Assembly: GCA_951406725.2 (NCBI GenBank) | Contig: OX597815.1 | Span: 83,018,001-83,082,000 of the forward strand | DNA: 64,000 nucleotides | Source: Octopus vulgaris | Taxonomy: Eukaryota | Reading direction: 5' to 3' | Shown: positions 14,518-29,070 of the stretch, piece by piece | Position numbering within the stretch: position 1 is the stretch's first letter | Layout: the number at the start of each line of letters is the position of its first letter | Translations under genes and position numbers: made by a program | The notes under the pieces: model-generated | Databases searched by the model: none | Seen by the model: the letters and a program-made list of their open reading frames with translations, nothing else | Told to the model about the DNA's origin: nothing

Positions 14518-15735
14518 AATAGCAACACCCTTGCACGTCCAATAGTTCATTACAGCTTTAACATCATTAACTGGAATCTTATAGAGCTCCAACGCATGGA
14601 AAGGATATCAAGGAAGCTACCAACATCTAAGAACATGTATCATCCGAAAGCAGATGTTGTTCGTCTGTACCTCTGTAGAAATAATGGAGAAGATGAATGT
14701 TGCAGGGAGAATTGTGCTATAAGACCTTGCGAATATAAATCTAGATTTGATGAAGAATCTGAAACCACTGCCACCAATCAAGCAGAACAGACCAACAGAT
14801 TTCAAAAATAAACGGGCATAAATTGAGGAGCGGTGTAGACAGAAGCCTTTACATGGACAGTCTATACTTTCAAGTCGAAACGCTGATGTAGACAAAGCAA
14901 CAACCCATCAGTGGCTGAAAAGGTCAGGACTGGAAGCAGATACTGAATGTTTCATATTGGTAACAAAAGATCAAATTTGTTCGCAAAAAATACCAGACTA
15001 ATGCTCTTCAAAACGGTGCCGACCCTAAATGCAGATTCTGTGACACATTTATCAAAACAATAGACCATCTCGTCTCGGAGTGTCCTGTCCTAACATCAAA
15101 CGAATGCAAAAATTGCCACGCTAGGGTAGGACAGTACCTTCACGGGAAAATGTGTAAACACTACTAAATCAGCACTCCAGCTTACTAGCACGAGCATCCT
15201 CCTGAGTCACTCGTTGAAGGTAAAAATGTCATTAAAGTTTGCGATTTTCCAGTTGACACCAACAGAACGAACCAGACTAACCGACCAGACATAGTCATTA
15301 AGGACAAGGAAGAAAATACTTGTAGACTAATAGATGTGAGTTTTCCCACTGAAAAAAATATATAATCTGTAACGGAATTTGACAAATTAAGTAAATATAA
15401 GGACCTGAAAATTGAAATACAAAAAGGTGTGGCATCTTACAGCGGGCACTGATCCTGTAAATGTAGTTACTCTAGGTTTTAGATAACATCCAAGGAGAAC
15501 CATGCCTCAGAGAAATCCAAAAGATTGCGTTGACAAGTACTACCCACATCCTTAGAAAACATCTATCAATTTATATGCTTATTTTGTATTACATGAAGAT
15601 ATTTCGCTACTGTATCCCACCACTTCGCCTCCCCAAGCATTCAATCATGCTGTAGCATCTCTCATCCTTCATTCGTCCTAGGATGCTGGGCGTATCTCGG
15701 CAAGTGATTGTAAGAAACATGCAGATTAAAAGTAA
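14518..15735 (+). mobile_element. R4/Dong-clade LINE, 5'-truncated, decayed (family D)
   Basis: NTLARPIVHYSFNIINW, MYHPKADVVRLYL, KPLHGQ, CRFCD...TIDHLVSECP, NRPDIVIKD, FDKLSKYKDL, with stops and frameshifts; (TAA/TGA)n tail. Confidence 0.9.
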
Positions 15736-15782
15736 ATAATGATGATGATGATGATGATAATAATAATATTAATAATAATAAT

Positions 15783-15854
<72 letters not shown>

Positions 15855-15858
<4 letters not shown>

Positions 15859-16267
15859 TTTTGGTCAATACCACAGATTTGCTTGTCAGTTGTTTTACCT
15901 TAACCAGTTGAGCATGTCTCTTAGTAGCTGACGATATGTGCATCTCTGATCACGAACAGAAGTAGTGGTGAATTCTTTGGGGTTTGAATAATTCACCTCT
16001 TGAAACATGGGTGTTTCGTTCAACATCCTTAAACAATTCTTATTCAGGGATATTTTGAGCGGAATGGATTACTCGATCAGAAGCAAATTCTAACTGGGCA
16101 CAACCTGCAAGGTCATGTGCTGTTTATCTTGATATGAGATCACCATGTCACGCACATATGGTTGTGATTCATATGCCTAGTGTACCCTTATCAGACGGGT
16201 AGTCCTGATGGGCTTCGTATATTTTACCCCAGTGTCACTTTGATGGCATGCACTGGCTCTCTCACTC
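15855..16267 (+). mobile_element. Element X, 5'-truncated copy with small internal deletions
   Basis: Matches 57118-57563; preceded by (TAA)n. Confidence 0.9.
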
Positions 16268-16289
16268 AATGATCATAATAATGATAACA

Positions 16290-16402
16290 ATCCTTCCTAC
16301 TAAAGGCGCAAGGCCTGAAATTTGGGTGGGAGGACTAGTCAACTTTATCGACCCCAGTGTCTCAATGGTTCTTAATTTATCCGAAAGGATGAAAGGAAAT
16401 GT
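16290..16402 (-). mobile_element. SINE family 1, 3' fragment
   Basis: aaggcctgaaatttggg...atcgaccccagtg...ccgaaaggatgaaagg. Confidence 0.7.
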
Positions 16403-16487
16403 GTAACACCAATAATAATAATATCTTTATTGACCACAGATGACCACACGCGAGCATTTTGCCCGGTATGTAAAAGCTTCTGTCAAT

Positions 16488-16565
<78 letters not shown>

Positions 16566-16657
16566 CTCCTAACAAAATGATGAGGATGGTGATGATGGTG
16601 ATGATTATGATGATGACGGAGGTGGTGGTAGCGGTGGTGGAGTTATGGCGGTGGTGG

Positions 16658-16712
<55 letters not shown>

Positions 16713-17992
16713 ATTAGTTTGAAATAACGATAACGACATCAAAGAACTACTTATATAATTGTTTATTTGAAATAAAGTTTCACTAAAACTTGAAATAAGC
16801 TCAATAAAAAATACAAAAACAACAATAACATTACGAACAACCTTGAGAAGCAAAAAGAACGACAGTAAATCTGAAGAAAAGAAGCTATAAATATTTTATT
16901 GAATTCATTTATATTTCTAAATAAAATTGTTGTAGTTTAATTTCTGCTAAGCTAAGATTTCTATCCATTTATCACTGAAATTTTAGTGCAAAATTGCTTG
17001 TTCTGCCTTTTCAATTTCTGGACGAATTTCTGAAGGATATTTCTGAAGAATATTTTTCTTACACATGAAAGTCGAATTTCTATAGATTTTCCTCTTCGTC
17101 ATTTCCATCTTTCGAAAGCATTCGCTTAAATATCAAATTGATGTTGAAAATCGTTTTATATTTCAAATTTACCCACTTAACAAATATTCTCATCATGTGA
17201 GATAATTTTCGTACGTCAGTAAATGTAAGTAAATATAATAAGGAAATATATGCATATTTCCATGTCTGTATATCTTCATTTCTTTCTGTTTATGTTGAAT
17301 ACTCGATTTTTTTCTTTATATACCATTCTATTGAAAGGTGAATTTTAATGAATCTTTTTCGCAGGTTTCTCGGTCGCGCGTCTTTGCACGACTGAAAAAA
17401 ATCTGATTTATCTTTATAATTTCGAATTTCATTAGGAAAGCTGTCCAAAAGTCATGTCGTAATTTTTACTTTTTATTTTCTTTGTGCTGCTATCACGAAA
17501 AGACTGAGACCTTGCCAAGGGAACTCCTTTTGTGTGATTGTTTGTTCGTTTCATACTCACTTTCCAGCTTTTTCTTCGGAATGGGTTCTGGTGAAATAGC
17601 GATTTAGACAGAACTAACTCAGATAAATATTTGTTGTAATGTTCTTTGAAAACCTTCACTCTCCGGAGTACCGACTCACTTGTTTTAGCCTCTGCCAGTA
17701 GCTCAATCTGTTGTACTGAATCAATTGTGTGTGTGTGGTGGCATCGGATGGCTTAAGTTTTTCGCTGTTAGTTTAAGGCTAATAATATATTTTACACATA
17801 TTACTCAGGAATCATCGCATCTCATGACTAATTTCATAAATCAGAAAAAGTCAACACCCAGTAGTATCTCTGCTTACAATGTTCTCATTTTTACACCAAT
17901 CCAATCATTGCGCTCTTCATAACTTCGCATATTAATATATTTCTTAATTTTTATGGATTTTTGTTTTTCATTTTATTATGATATGTGGGACG

Positions 17993-18200
17993 AAGGTGGT
18001 GAATTCACAGAATTTGTTAGCAGGCCGAGCAAAAAGCTTAGCAGAATTTCGTCGGTCTTTAAGTTCAAATTCCGCCGATGCCCACTTTGCCTTTCATTTT
18101 TCAGGGTCCATGAAATAAATACCATTTGAACTCCAATGTTGATGTGATCGATTTTTCCCCTTTTTCGAACTTGGTGGCCTTATGACAAAATTTTAAAAGA
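17993..18200 (+). mobile_element. SINE family 1
   Basis: aagttcaaattccgccga...ctttgcctttcat, collinear with other copies. Confidence 0.75.
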
Positions 18201-21171
18201 CATTATCATATGGGGAACAGTTCTCTTAAACAAATTCTTTCTGTGTCTAATCACCTTGTCACCTCAACTGGTTTCTGACTCACACTCAGTCTAATCACGA
18301 ATTTCACACGGTTTAATTTTATCCCTAGCACTCTCCCTCCTAGAAAGCGATGTTATGCTTGCGCTGACGTCTACCTAAATGATACTGACCTTCTGTAATG
18401 AAGGAACACTCATATGCAGTCCAGATACCTCACTCGAAATTTGCATTGATTTCATGATATAGTCTACGCAACAAAAAGATACGTTCATCACATTTAAGAA
18501 GCAATCGTTATTGCACCCAGTCCTTCCTCCTAAACACGCAACTAGAACCTTCATATCGTTTCAAATACCTGATAATGTAATCAATGGATCACTTCTCATG
18601 ATGCTCTGCATAGTATCACAAAATCAGACCTTTTGTTTTAATTTTAGAAAATAGTTCAAATCTCATCAGCCACTAAGCTGTATAATGTTCAGATGATGAC
18701 CACAATGGGCATCTCACTTCTAGAACAACTCAAAAGCTTAGTATAGATTCACCCTACAAGACACTTCAACGTCTTCCCCACATGCGTACTCACTGAACCT
18801 ATCTTTCTGTATCTCTCTGTCCCCTTCTTTCTTTCTCTCGGAATGTCTAAATACCGGTGTTGCTGGAGTCCTTTGTTCTCATAGTTGACGGTTATCGTTT
18901 GACTTCTATTCAGGCAATTCTGACTCCTGCCACTGTCTCTTTCCACCTACATAGCGCTCAACGCCTTAACCTTACACTAAATGCGTGATGTACTTACACA
19001 ATTTTGTTTTCTTTTTTGCAGTTGTCAAAATTGAAAAAGTTGATATTATGGATCTCACCAGACTTCGGGAACCAGCGTCGACCATGGCAATGATTTCCTT
19101 CTGGCCAGCTAAGGATTAAAAAGAAAAGTATATTCAGCAAAAGTAACTATAAACAGGTTCATATTGGAACGGTATATTATCAAGTATTTAACGTGCATAA
19201 GATTGTAAAACAGTGATAAACTTTATAGTTGTTCTTGTTGTTTAAGACTCGGCTAAACTCGATCAATCAGAACTATAAAATATTTCAGCTTTCTCTTTGT
19301 TCTGAGCTGATATCCCGTCAGAGATGATCTTTTCACTACAATTACTCTGAAGTAAATTCATAAGGAAATACAAAGTGTTTTTTTTTTCCTTATGGCTAAC
19401 ACAGAAATTATTATATTTGAAACATACCAACAATCCTGTCATCAGCACTACCGCTTTCTCTCTCTTTGTCTGGTGTACACACACTTGAAGGTAGCCAAAC
19501 ATACATACACAAACATACAGAAGAAATTATATATAAAATAAAATAAAATCATGCATTGCGTATATCAACAACAAACATATCGAAGTAAAAGAACAAAAAG
19601 ATTATATTTTAAACAGCAGCTAAAACGATAACAGCAGCAACAACCACAACAATTACAACAACAACAACTAAAACGGAGAACAATAAAAACATACAAATTA
19701 AAATATAAGTAGAAATTTGATAGCATCCCTCGCCACCAAAATGTCTGCGAGTTTAACCATAAATAACTTTCACATTACCAACCGAAACAAAAACTTTAAA
19801 AAATAAACCGCAATAAAAATGATAATAAAACTTAACAACAATAACAACACTAGCGATAATACTACATAAAATAGCAACAACAAAAACACCAGCACAAACA
19901 AACAAACAAACAAGCCAAAAGGCTTTCGGTTCTTATGGTTTTTGGTAAATTTCCAAATGTTTCTTCGTAAACAATTCGGTTCATATATTTTGCAAAGAAC
20001 CGGACTTTCACCTTTTCTTTTGGTGCGGTACTAAATTTGGATTAGGAAGTGGGAATTTATCTCAGTCGCAGCGGAGAGGATAAACCAGGTTGTTCTTGTT
20101 TCTTTTTTTGTTGTTGTTGTACTGTTGTTTCTTTTATTATTTATATCATTATTGATGGTGTAATTGTTTCGTAGTTAGTGTTGTTGTTCCTATAATAATA
20201 TCAATTGTGTGTTTGATCGTGTCACAGTATTTGTGACTGTGTGTGTGTCTGTGTTTGTGTGTGCGTCTCTGTGTGGGGGCGTACCTGTGTGTATTTGTCA
20301 GTTTATAAATCTGATAAGTTCATGCACCTTTTTCCATTTACTGTGTATGCAAAGGTTGTAGTTTTTATTTCTCATGTCAATACAAGGTGGGGATCTGATA
20401 GAATAGCTAATGATAGACATAAGGCTCTGCGATATTTGTTCCGGTTCTTTACGTTGCGAGTACAAGTACTGCAGAGGTAACCTCATGAATTGTTCGGTAT
20501 AGACGCGAAATATCAAACTCCCTACTTCTCACCTATATACTCCCATTTAATTTTTGGTTAATTAAATTTGGTGAGTTTTCTACATTTTCGCATTTAAGAT
20601 CACTTTTCATGAACGCTAATGATATGCTTCTTCATAGAGTTACAATTTAAGCTGAAAAAAAAGATATCCGAAACTCACCTATTTTAGTATGTCAGCTTGC
20701 ACTTAACTACATGTCTTCCATGTGGAGTTTCCCAAGTAAAATATGAGAGAAAATAATCTAATACCATTAGTGGCTTTTAACAGTAAAAAGACCACATAAT
20801 TGTTTAAGGGGTGTGTCAATTAAACTGACATTAGGTCTTGGCTGGTACCAATTATATATGCGTGAAATACGAGACACCGAGACAGGCAAGGCATCACGGG
20901 AGCCTCTACACAATCACTTGATACACTAGAAATAGCAAATATATCACGTTAAATAAATCTTACTGTCTTAGAGGAAGGTAGAAAGGATAGCGTGGTCCTA
21001 TATAATCTGTCTAACCATATACTTGTTTGTGCGTATGAATCTACATAATTGAATGATTATGGTTTGAACGCCTTCAATCATACGGTTGCTCGATTATGGC
21101 TGACCTCGAACTAAACAAGTTTGTTTCTCATCAGCAGATTTTAGACAGACACGTAAGGTAAGGGACTAAAG

Positions 21172-21314
21172 CAATCATGGGAATAGTGCGCCCGCCGGAC
21201 CGTCAGAATGACATGTCTGACGAAAATTTACCTTGAATATTCTAGTAGTGTGGCCCACCTGGTGACGAGCCGTATGTCATGCGGTTCCCTCCTCGAAAAG
21301 TTTGCCCGTACCTG
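21172..21314. mobile_element. hAT-type MITE, degenerate
   Basis: Ends caatcatgggaa..gcgcccgccggacc and aaaagtttgcccgtacctg resemble the CAGGGGTGGGCAA-type hAT termini; flanks gactaaag/atctatat resemble an NTCTAGAN-like target. Confidence 0.45.
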
Positions 21315-23399
21315 ATCTATATCTTATAGTATTGTCCTATGAATTGTGATCTCACTGTTAGAGAATTATTTCTGAAATAAGGAACGAAACCACATATTTT
21401 CAATGAAAGTTTGCGTGTAGGGTATACTCCATTAAGACTCGCATTTATTTTATGTAGCCAGAAAAAAAAAGACAAAGTTGTCTTCTGTATGAATTCAGTT
21501 AAAACTAATAAAGACATAATCTTTCAACCGAAAATATTGTCTGGTACTCCAAAAATTCTATCAACGCTCACACTAATACTACTAAAAATTTATTTAGTTT
21601 TTGCCACGAGCGCATCTGGCGTCAATTGATATGCAGAATAGTAATGGGCATTCTTAGAAGTGAAAGTCATTAGTGAGCTAATTATCGACCGATTTTTTTG
21701 GTACTCTTTCCAAGTTAGTTGTTTTTTTCGTTATTCATTGTCTTTTAGAGAAGTGAGCATTGTTTGGAGATTTGACTTGCATTGATTGCCACAACGTCTT
21801 TGAATCGCGACAGTATACGGAAAATAAGCAGTTAGAAGAGATAGTAGTAGTAGTGTGGGTGGGGTGCGGTGGCGACGGGTATAATGCCGGCGGTGGTTTG
21901 ATGGTGATGATAACGATGATGATGGTAGCGGGGTGGTAGTTATAATGATGATGTGGGAATAGAGAATAATTACTGTGTAAACCGTAAGAAATGAAATAGA
22001 TCACAATGATTATTCTTGTTCTTGTCATTTAGTTCTGATTCAACTGTAATTCATTCAAGATGTCTTAATCTTTATAAGAAGGCTTAGAAGGAGGGATTAT
22101 GACTTGTTATTTCTAGCAGTTCGAACGAGATTGTTATCAGTGCTGTAACAGGTAGACTAAGAACGCAAAGAACCTGAAAGAATATCTTAAGACATACTGT
22201 CAAATGCTTCAGCACTACGACCAGTATACCACCCCAAACTTGTATTTGCTTTTTTTTTTTTTTTTTTTTTTTTTTGAGGATGAAAGTCAAAGTCAGTCAC
22301 GGCGTGATTAAGCTCAAAATTCAAAAGATCTGGAACAAATACCGCGATTTAGTTAATCTGATACTCTAACGATTCTGAAAATCCATTGCATTGATGACGA
22401 TTATAAATGATTTAATGATTGAAACCATTTATTTTGGTTTCAAATTTTGGCACAATGCCAGCAAATGTAAGGAAGGGTAAGTTGATTATATCGAGCCCAG
22501 TGTTCAATTGGTACTTACTTTGCAGAATTTGAACTCAGTTGAAACGAATATAGATTTCAAATTATATATTTCAAATTATGACACAAGGTTGTGGTAGGGA
22601 AGTTGACTGTATATTTGCCCTCGCTCTTTCTTTTTATACAGTCTGTTTTCATTTTGTTCACTCGTAAACTTGAAGTTCCATTGAATGCAGTTTCCTTCTT
22701 GTATTTGCTCACCTTTTATCTTCTCTCGTCGAACTTCTGGTTCTTTTATCCTTTAGTTTATTTCGCGACGGTCTGCTTCGCTTCACTCACCTCCTTTAGC
22801 TTCTCTTCATTCTTAAGTAGATGCAGTAGTGATAAAAGGATGATTCTGCAAGAATGCGATGATATCCTTCGGTATTTGCGAGTCTTCAATTGGAGGTGGG
22901 ATCTTCTGAATCAGATGTTGATACTTTCGTTGATGTTCGTCGAAATTTGTTCTGCCTTCCCAGTGCCACGAGACAGAAAGCCTTCGAATGGATTATGCTA
23001 CGCCTACAACGGGTCAAAATAACAGCATTACTAATAAAAGTTTTTCACGATGAGAGTTACTTTATCAAAACATGTTACAAAATGGATTTGGGAAGTTTGA
23101 ATGTATACACATCATAATGCAAGAACGAATTTGGGAATGGAGCCACAAGAAATATGCAACATTGAGACACACACACACACAGATACATAGCGCCATTATT
23201 ATATCACACTTAACGTATATACACTGTTGAAAGGTATAGTACTGAAAGAACAACATTTTACATATATGTGTTAAAATAAAATATAGATAGAAAAGAGTTG
23301 ACAATCGTCTCACCAGTGACTCATGAGAAAGTCAGACGCATCTCAGCCTTCTTATGCCTTGCATGCACTCAGTTTTCTCATGACAACGCCAAATTGTTC

Positions 23400-24200
23400 C
23401 ATTTCGATATATAACTAGAAATGAATCATATATTCACTGAACAGAATAAAACTAGTTGTATGCAATTTAATCAACATTAAAATAGGATCCACAAGCAAAA
23501 ATACCTAACTTGTATACACCATGGAAAAGCATGATACTCTAGTGTTGTATTCTGTGCTCCATATATCGGAAGGTACAAATTTTCCGTAGGAATGATACGG
23601 CAGTGTAACCTTCATTGACAAGGCCTAATGGCAGATGTACAATGAGGTTGATGTTTCTGAAACTGCAATAACGTTGTTTTCTTCGTTTCAATATAAATCG
23701 TCTTTGTAGTATATGTCCATAAAACATTTCATCTGAAGCAAAACCTCATCATCAAGCCTTTCAATAGTAGGCATGTCTTAAATATAATGTTTATCGCCAC
23801 TTCAACATGGCTATTCCGTAATAACTGATCTTACTACTATTTTTAATCCCATGAAGATGCCTCCTCTAGATGGTTATCGATGCAATCTGCAATGAATATA
23901 TACATACGATTACAAATAGAAATGAATAAATAGGTTATACATCTACACATAACTCGGAAAACGGCATCTGAGTAGGATGAGGGTGACTCACAAATTCTTC
24001 TATCCTTTGTAACTTGTAGTAAAAAATGGCACTTCGAAAACTTTCTCGGAGCTTCACCGAGTTCAGCAAAGTAAAGATGCCGCTTATGTTCATGACAAAG
24101 GTACTTTGTTGTAAAATCATTTGTTTACTAAAATAAATCAGAAACCATGGTCCAAGAAATAGATGGCAAATGTTTATAATTTTCATTCCCTTCGAGAATT
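23400..24200 (-). mobile_element. Possible pogo/Tigger-like transposase fossil
   Basis: Minus strand VFASDE / FYGHILQRRFILKRRKQRYCSFR loosely fits the pogo VFN.DETGLFWK..P.RT.I...EK...GFK block; heavily decayed. Confidence 0.35.
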
Positions 24201-25864
24201 GATCCCTAATTAGTGGGTTGGACTTTAGCTTTCCTTTCTAGCGTAAAGGTTTCCAATGACGGAAAACTTTTGATGTGTTTAAATGTACACTGTATTTTAT
24301 ATGAATAATATATAGTCTATTAACTAATTTTTCTATACTCTAGGCCACTGGTAGTACAAATTTCAAAAATCTTTATTACCCTGATATTATTAATTATATA
24401 TATATATATATACGTACGTATTATTTGTGTGTAAGTATATACTTGAATTAAGTAGTATATGTTCTCACGAGGATCGTACAGGCAAAATCTGTAATTAAAG
24501 CTTGTTAGTCGTCATCGCTATCGTTGTTGCTAATGTTCTTTAACGCAAGTTCAGCTCTGAACGAATTTATGATCAAAGACGATTCAGTTGCGATTATCTA
24601 ATCATTTCTTTTGAAGCAAAAGCTATGTAGAACCGTTTTATACAAAGCATATTTCTCTCTCTCTCTCTCTTTCAGTCTATGTCGATGTAAGATTTGAGTT
24701 TGCTGCTCTTTCTTGTATATCGAACGACCATAATGAAGAACGTATTTTTGGTGTATCAGTTCTATTCATTTGCAGAATCGAGATTTGATTTCTGCATATT
24801 TGATCAACAACGATAACGTACTAGGCAAAATAACAAAACCTAAAATTGAATTTGGATCGCAATCTTACATAGCAAGTAACATACCCACTACGCCCAGCCA
24901 AAATATAACATCGTTGGATTTTCACATTCAGTTTAGTCTTTGACTTTGCACATTGTTCTTTTATTTGCTTGCATTGAAGAAATACGCAGTCTCTGCCGCA
25001 AAGACATTTTTTTATGACAAAAAAAAAAGAGGCAAAAATGTTAACATTGCAATCAAATGAATAAGCAAACGAAACAAATATTGCACAATAGTAACACTCT
25101 CTAACGCTGTTATAGCTATATGTAGTGATGATAAAACTATAATATCGCCCAGGGCAACAATAAAATATATAAGCCAACACTTTTACTCTATAAAATAATT
25201 CTTATTGAAAACAACTGTGGTAAGGTCGCTTGAGTTAATGAATAAAGGAGGAAAAAAATAATATTTTTCTCTATGCTTTCAATTTGTATTACTAATATTT
25301 TTTTTATTTTCTTGTTTAAAGTATTTCATTTTAGTAACTCTAATGTCCATTTTCAATTTATTTATTTACTTTTCAAAACGTAAGAGATTAATGTATTTTA
25401 AATATATAACATGTGTGGCAAAAAAAGGAAAAAAAAAACATGTCGGCATGAGTAATACTCGACGGTACATAATTGTGTATCTCACTATTTCAACCTCTCT
25501 CTCTCTCTTTCTCTATCTTCTCTTTCTCTCTCTCTCTCTCATATAAGTATTTATATCTGTCCATTTATACATAATTACATACACAATACACGCACATGCA
25601 CACAAATATAAAGAGAGAGAGATGGATCCGAGATAACCTATTTTAATGATAGCAGATTCAAACATGTAAAGATAGTAAAATAAATACACTGGAAGATAAA
25701 TAGAAAGATAGTCACACAGACACAGACACAAAAGCATATACATGGATATGCAGAAGTCGGCTAACTTTTTATTAACTGACATAGGTGGTTCGAACTGACA
25801 CATTTTGATACATTAACTACTTGTCTGTTGTATCTCTTCTTGCTCTTCTTCGTTGCATTCAAAA

Positions 25865-26825
25865 AATGGATTCCAACTAGAAGTAACGGGTCATTAATTG
25901 AGTTCTTGATGAAGGAAGGGATGCAGGGTGTTCGACATCCACAGAAGGCTAGAGGTTGTTTAAACAGAGATGACACCATCGAAAAAGAAATGCACAAAGG
26001 TGGATGAAGAATTTTAAACGTGGCAAAGTCAACATTGAAGTAAAACAACACGGTGGATGATTATGAACTGCTACTAATGCTAGGAATCCTACAGAAGAAC
26101 AAATTTCGTCAAACAGACGAGCCAGAATTCCAAACCTGCTGCATAAACGTATGTACTGTGATCACAGTGCATTATAGAATGCACGACTTTAGATATCAGA
26201 AAGTGCGAGCAATATGGGTTGTTTAGCAGTTGGCACTTGATTTGAAGGAAGAAAGAATGGACATTTGTTCTGATCTACACAAAGAGATTGAAGCCAACAA
26301 CGACAACTTTTTTCATGATCTGGTAATACGTGATGAAACGTGGGTAAGCCTAAAAGTTCAAGAGGCAGCAACCGGCATAGGAAGTCATTGTGACTGAGTT
26401 TAATATACTGGCGATGCTATTCGCTTTGATTTTCTAGAACAAGGCGATACCGCGACCAGCGTATGGTACATTGAGACACTAAAAATGTTACAGATTCTAT
26501 TAGAAGGAAGAGAGTGAAAAAGAGTTTTAAAATGATTCACATTCATCATGATAATACATGATCGTACACACTTTTGGCAACAAATAAGGTAATCAGCTAT
26601 TTAGGTTAGCTAGTAGTTCTCAATCCACTGTAGAGCTGGAATCTGGTAACATCCGACATTCATCTACTCAGTCCAATAAAAGATATTCAAGGTGGAAGAG
26701 TTGTTCTCAATAATAAAGTGTAAGTAGCAACAGTACACGAGAAAATTTTTCAAAACGAATTCATGTGATGAATTTAGCGATGGCATAGAAGCATCGATTA
26801 TAATGGAGACTATTTTGAGAAGTAC
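25865..26825 (+). mobile_element. Mariner transposase pseudogene
   Basis: In order, across frameshifts: IEFLMKEG, FDIHRRL, RAIWV, DETWV, IHHDNT (HDNARPH), NLVTSDIHLL (YSPDLAPSDFHLF), NGDYFEK. Confidence 0.85.
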
Positions 26826-27645
26826 TATTGTATACAGGTAAAGTCACTTTACCAAAATGGGCAACGCTCACCATGTAGATCTTATATATGAAAATATGTA
26901 CATACTTTTGTGTGTGCGTGTGTATGTGCATATGTGAGTGTGTGTTTACAAATATATACACAAACATACACCTCTAAATTTGTGACTAGCTAAAATTAGT
27001 ACAAAACATACACCGCTGTTTTCACTAAACTCTAATCCCTTTAATGTTGGCCTGTGCCAATATTAGAAATTATATGTATTTATGTACGAGTGGGTGAGAG
27101 AGACCGAGGAAAAAGTCAAAAATGAACGAAAAATAGGATATGAATGAGTAAAGAGAGAGATTCACAGACAGAGAGAAGAAAAAAAAAGGAGAAAATTACA
27201 CAGACATAGACATTAATAACTAAACAACTGAAAACCTTGAATTATTTACAGAGAATATGAAAAGCATATGAATCTGGCTTCACACAAATAAGTCATTGAT
27301 TCAAAAGCGACAAACATACTTTCCTATGCCGCCGCTATTGTTTCATTCATTGCTTAACCATATGCGAACATTACGCGGACGGATGAATCTTGTTTGATAT
27401 ACATAGGGGGAAGGAGAAAAAGGGCGATAGATAGATAGACAGATAGACATATAGAAGTAGAGAGAGAGAGAGAGAGAGAGAAAGAGATAGAGGGATAGTG
27501 GAAGTAAAGAAAGGGAGAGAGAGGGAAGAAAAGAGAAAAAGAAACAGAGGGAGTGCGAAAGTTAAACGTTTGCACTTTTTTATGCATGCCTGATTACCAT
27601 CGCTTCACGGATTCATTGATTAACAGTGGAATTCACAAGGTATTT

Positions 27646-27676
27646 AGTAGTAGTAGTAGCAGCAGCAGCAGCAGCT

Positions 27677-27736
<60 letters not shown>
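27646..27736. repeat. (TAG)n/(CAG)n microsatellite
   Basis: Directly visible. Confidence 0.95.
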
Positions 27737-28112
27737 ACAGAAAGCGAATAGTGGTAATGGGAATAATGATAATTATTACTTCTTACCTAATAACGTATAT
27801 TATTCAACTCCAAACGGATAATAAAATGCTGTATGAAAAATTAATCATCAACATCATCATGGACATCAGGTTACTCATCATTAAGGACACCACCACTACC
27901 ATGAATATCATTTTCATCATCAGGAAAATAACGAATAAATTAACATAGAAAAAGGGACAAGTCTAACTCGTTTGATGAAAGAGTTTCACTCACGCATGTC
28001 GCTTTCAATAGACTATTTTGACGATTGCGCTTTGAATCAGCACACACACAAAATGTAAGTGTGCATGTATGTAAGTATGTAAGTATGTACATGTATGTAT
28101 GTATATATATAT

Positions 28113-28183
<71 letters not shown>

Positions 28184-28187
<4 letters not shown>

Positions 28188-28287
28188 CCTGCTCGCTTAG
28201 CTAGCGGGGTGGCGTCATTCGAAGACTAAAACAATGCGAACGCATTGTGACCAGCGATGTGTAATTACATCTGATGGAATGGTCGGT

Positions 28288-28294
<7 letters not shown>
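28184..28294 (+). mobile_element. SINE family 3, 5'-truncated, inside (TA)n
   Basis: Matches 61079-61197. Confidence 0.85.
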
Positions 28295-28326
<32 letters not shown>

Positions 28327-28344
28327 CATACACACACACATATA

Positions 28345-28495
28345 GGTGTGGTTGTGCGGTAAGAAGTTTGCTTTCAAACTATATGGTAGCGGGTTCAGTC
28401 CCACTGTGTGGCAACTTGGGTAGGTGTTTCTTCTATAGATCCAGGATGACAAAATCCTTGTGGGTGCATTTGGTAGACGGGAACTAAAAGACCAT
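28345..28495 (+). mobile_element. SINE family 2, 5' half
   Basis: tggttgtgcggtaag, gggttcagtcccactg and ttggtagacgggaact match 48844-48985. Confidence 0.8.
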
Positions 28496-28542
<47 letters not shown>

Positions 28543-28977
28543 GTGTGTGTGTATACACCCACCCACACAGGTATATACTCAGGTACACACACAGGTATAC
28601 ACACGGATACACATACGCACATATATTTCTCTTCTCTCACAAATATAGGGTCATCGCAGAATGGTGCATGCATTAATCAAATAAACTTATACATACATTT
28701 GTGTGCGTTTGTGTATGTGCGTGCGTATGATTCTGTATTTAAGAGTATGTATGTATGTATGTGTGTGTGTGTGTGTGTGTAATTGCCCGCACATCTGTTA
28801 GCTTGTCTATATCTATAAAGAAGTTCTAAATGCATCAATATATGGAATTCCCTTGAGCGACACATGAATTTAACAAGTTTACATGGTCCGTTTTCGTTCA
28901 GAAGTTTCATATATCCCTACATTAAACTACAAAGTTTTGTATATTTCAATACATACATACATACATACATACATACA

Positions 28978-29011
<34 letters not shown>

Positions 29012-29013
29012 CA

Positions 29014-29064
<51 letters not shown>

Positions 29065-29070
<6 letters not shown>

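Noticed and set aside
17432-17659. 75 aa minus-strand ORF with a GTGAGT donor-like site
   Set aside because: No recognisable domain, acceptor or partner exons.
18300-18760. Possible decayed LINE RT C-terminal pieces
   Set aside because: Only weak motif resemblance (FKYL, LYNVQM); not enough to call.
18966-19118. Possible piggyBac-type MITE bounded by TTAA
   Set aside because: Terminal match is too short and degenerate.
22591-23117. 143 aa hydrophobic ORF / possible APE fragment (RDRK..NG)
   Set aside because: Hydrophobicity comes from T-rich composition; a single weak motif.
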